Part shown: piece by piece, positions 15,660-16,007 of the stretch
How the letters are laid out: every line of letters begins with the position of its first letter
How positions within the stretch are numbered: the first letter of the stretch is position 1
DNA from: a virus
Lineage: Duplodnaviria; Heunggongvirae; Uroviricota; Caudoviricetes
Strand: one strand, 5' to 3'
Virus record (IMG/VR): IMGVR_UViG_2713896896_000011
Span: 1 to 16,007 of that record
DNA: 16,007 bases
The notes under the pieces: model-generated
Seen by the model: the letters and a program-made list of their open reading frames with translations, nothing else
Databases searched by the model: none
What the model was told of the DNA's origin: nothing
Program-made: the position numbers and the translations under genes

Positions 15660-16007
15660 ATGATACAAAAAGCAAAAGAGATGACCCGGACACCGGAGAT
15701 CATTAACGATTTGGCGTTTCATGCTTCGCAAGTTCTGATTGAGAGCATCAATCTGGATAGCTCATCTGCGGAAAATGTTGGCTATGCCATTGCCGATCGC
15801 ATGATGCGAAACTGGGGCGGACAAAGCATTTATTTTCCAAAAGGAATCGCCAGGCGTGCCTCGGAGCGGGACTATCAAATCTATAGCGAGTGCGATGGGC
15901 GCAACTACGCCGAATTAGCGAAGAAATATAATCTGACGCTGCAATGGATTTATAAGATAGTAAAACGCGTGCATACAGAAAAGCAGCAACAGCGCCGTAT
16001 GCAGTAG
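15660..16007 (+). CDS. Mor/C-family transcriptional activator (Mu middle/late activator-like)
   Basis: 115 aa. C-terminal region GGQSIYFPKG...RDYQIYSECDGRNYAELAKKYNLTLQWIYKIVKR aligns by eye with Mu Mor (GGQVYIPRG...RIWNDFNGRNVSELTTRYGVTFNTVYKAIRR). SD GGAGA 6 nt before the ATG. The stop codon is the last triplet of the window. Confidence 0.7.
   Translation: MIQKAKEMTRTPEIINDLAFHASQVLIESINLDSSSAENVGYAIADRMMRNWGGQSIYFPKGIARRASERDYQIYSECDGRNYAELAKKYNLTLQWIYKIVKRVHTEKQQQRRMQ

Noticed and set aside
1-16007. Complete Mu-like transposable prophage, IS element, CRISPR array, tRNA or rRNA gene.
   Set aside because: No transposase or repressor-like ORFs, no terminal inverted repeats of an IS, no repeat-spacer array and no cloverleaf-like segments in the few non-coding gaps.

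Overview
This 16 kb window is almost entirely a leftward (minus-strand) Mu-like contractile-tail gene cluster, with no capsid, portal, terminase, integrase or transposase gene anywhere in the window. Reading right to left: an AT-rich divergent control region (15105-15659) containing a near-consensus LexA box; a three-gene lysis cassette (holin-like, SLT-type lytic transglycosylase, membrane-anchored coiled-coil protein); an intrinsic terminator; then tail terminator-like, sheath, tube, tail assembly chaperone, tape measure, DNA-circulation-like protein, LysM-like tail protein X, baseplate hub, spike, gp25/W-like, J-like and I-like baseplate proteins, tail fibre, tail fibre assembly protein and one coupled unknown gene. 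A Mor/C-family activator gene is encoded divergently on the plus strand at the right edge. The main hypothesis is an SOS-inducible phage-tail-like bacteriocin (tailocin) or a head-less defective prophage; head genes lying outside the window cannot be excluded. All family assignments are from reading the translated ORFs by eye, with no database search run. Composition looks enterobacterial (about 50-55% GC in coding regions), with sharp AT-rich islands at 1-123, about 1200-2150 and 15105-15659.
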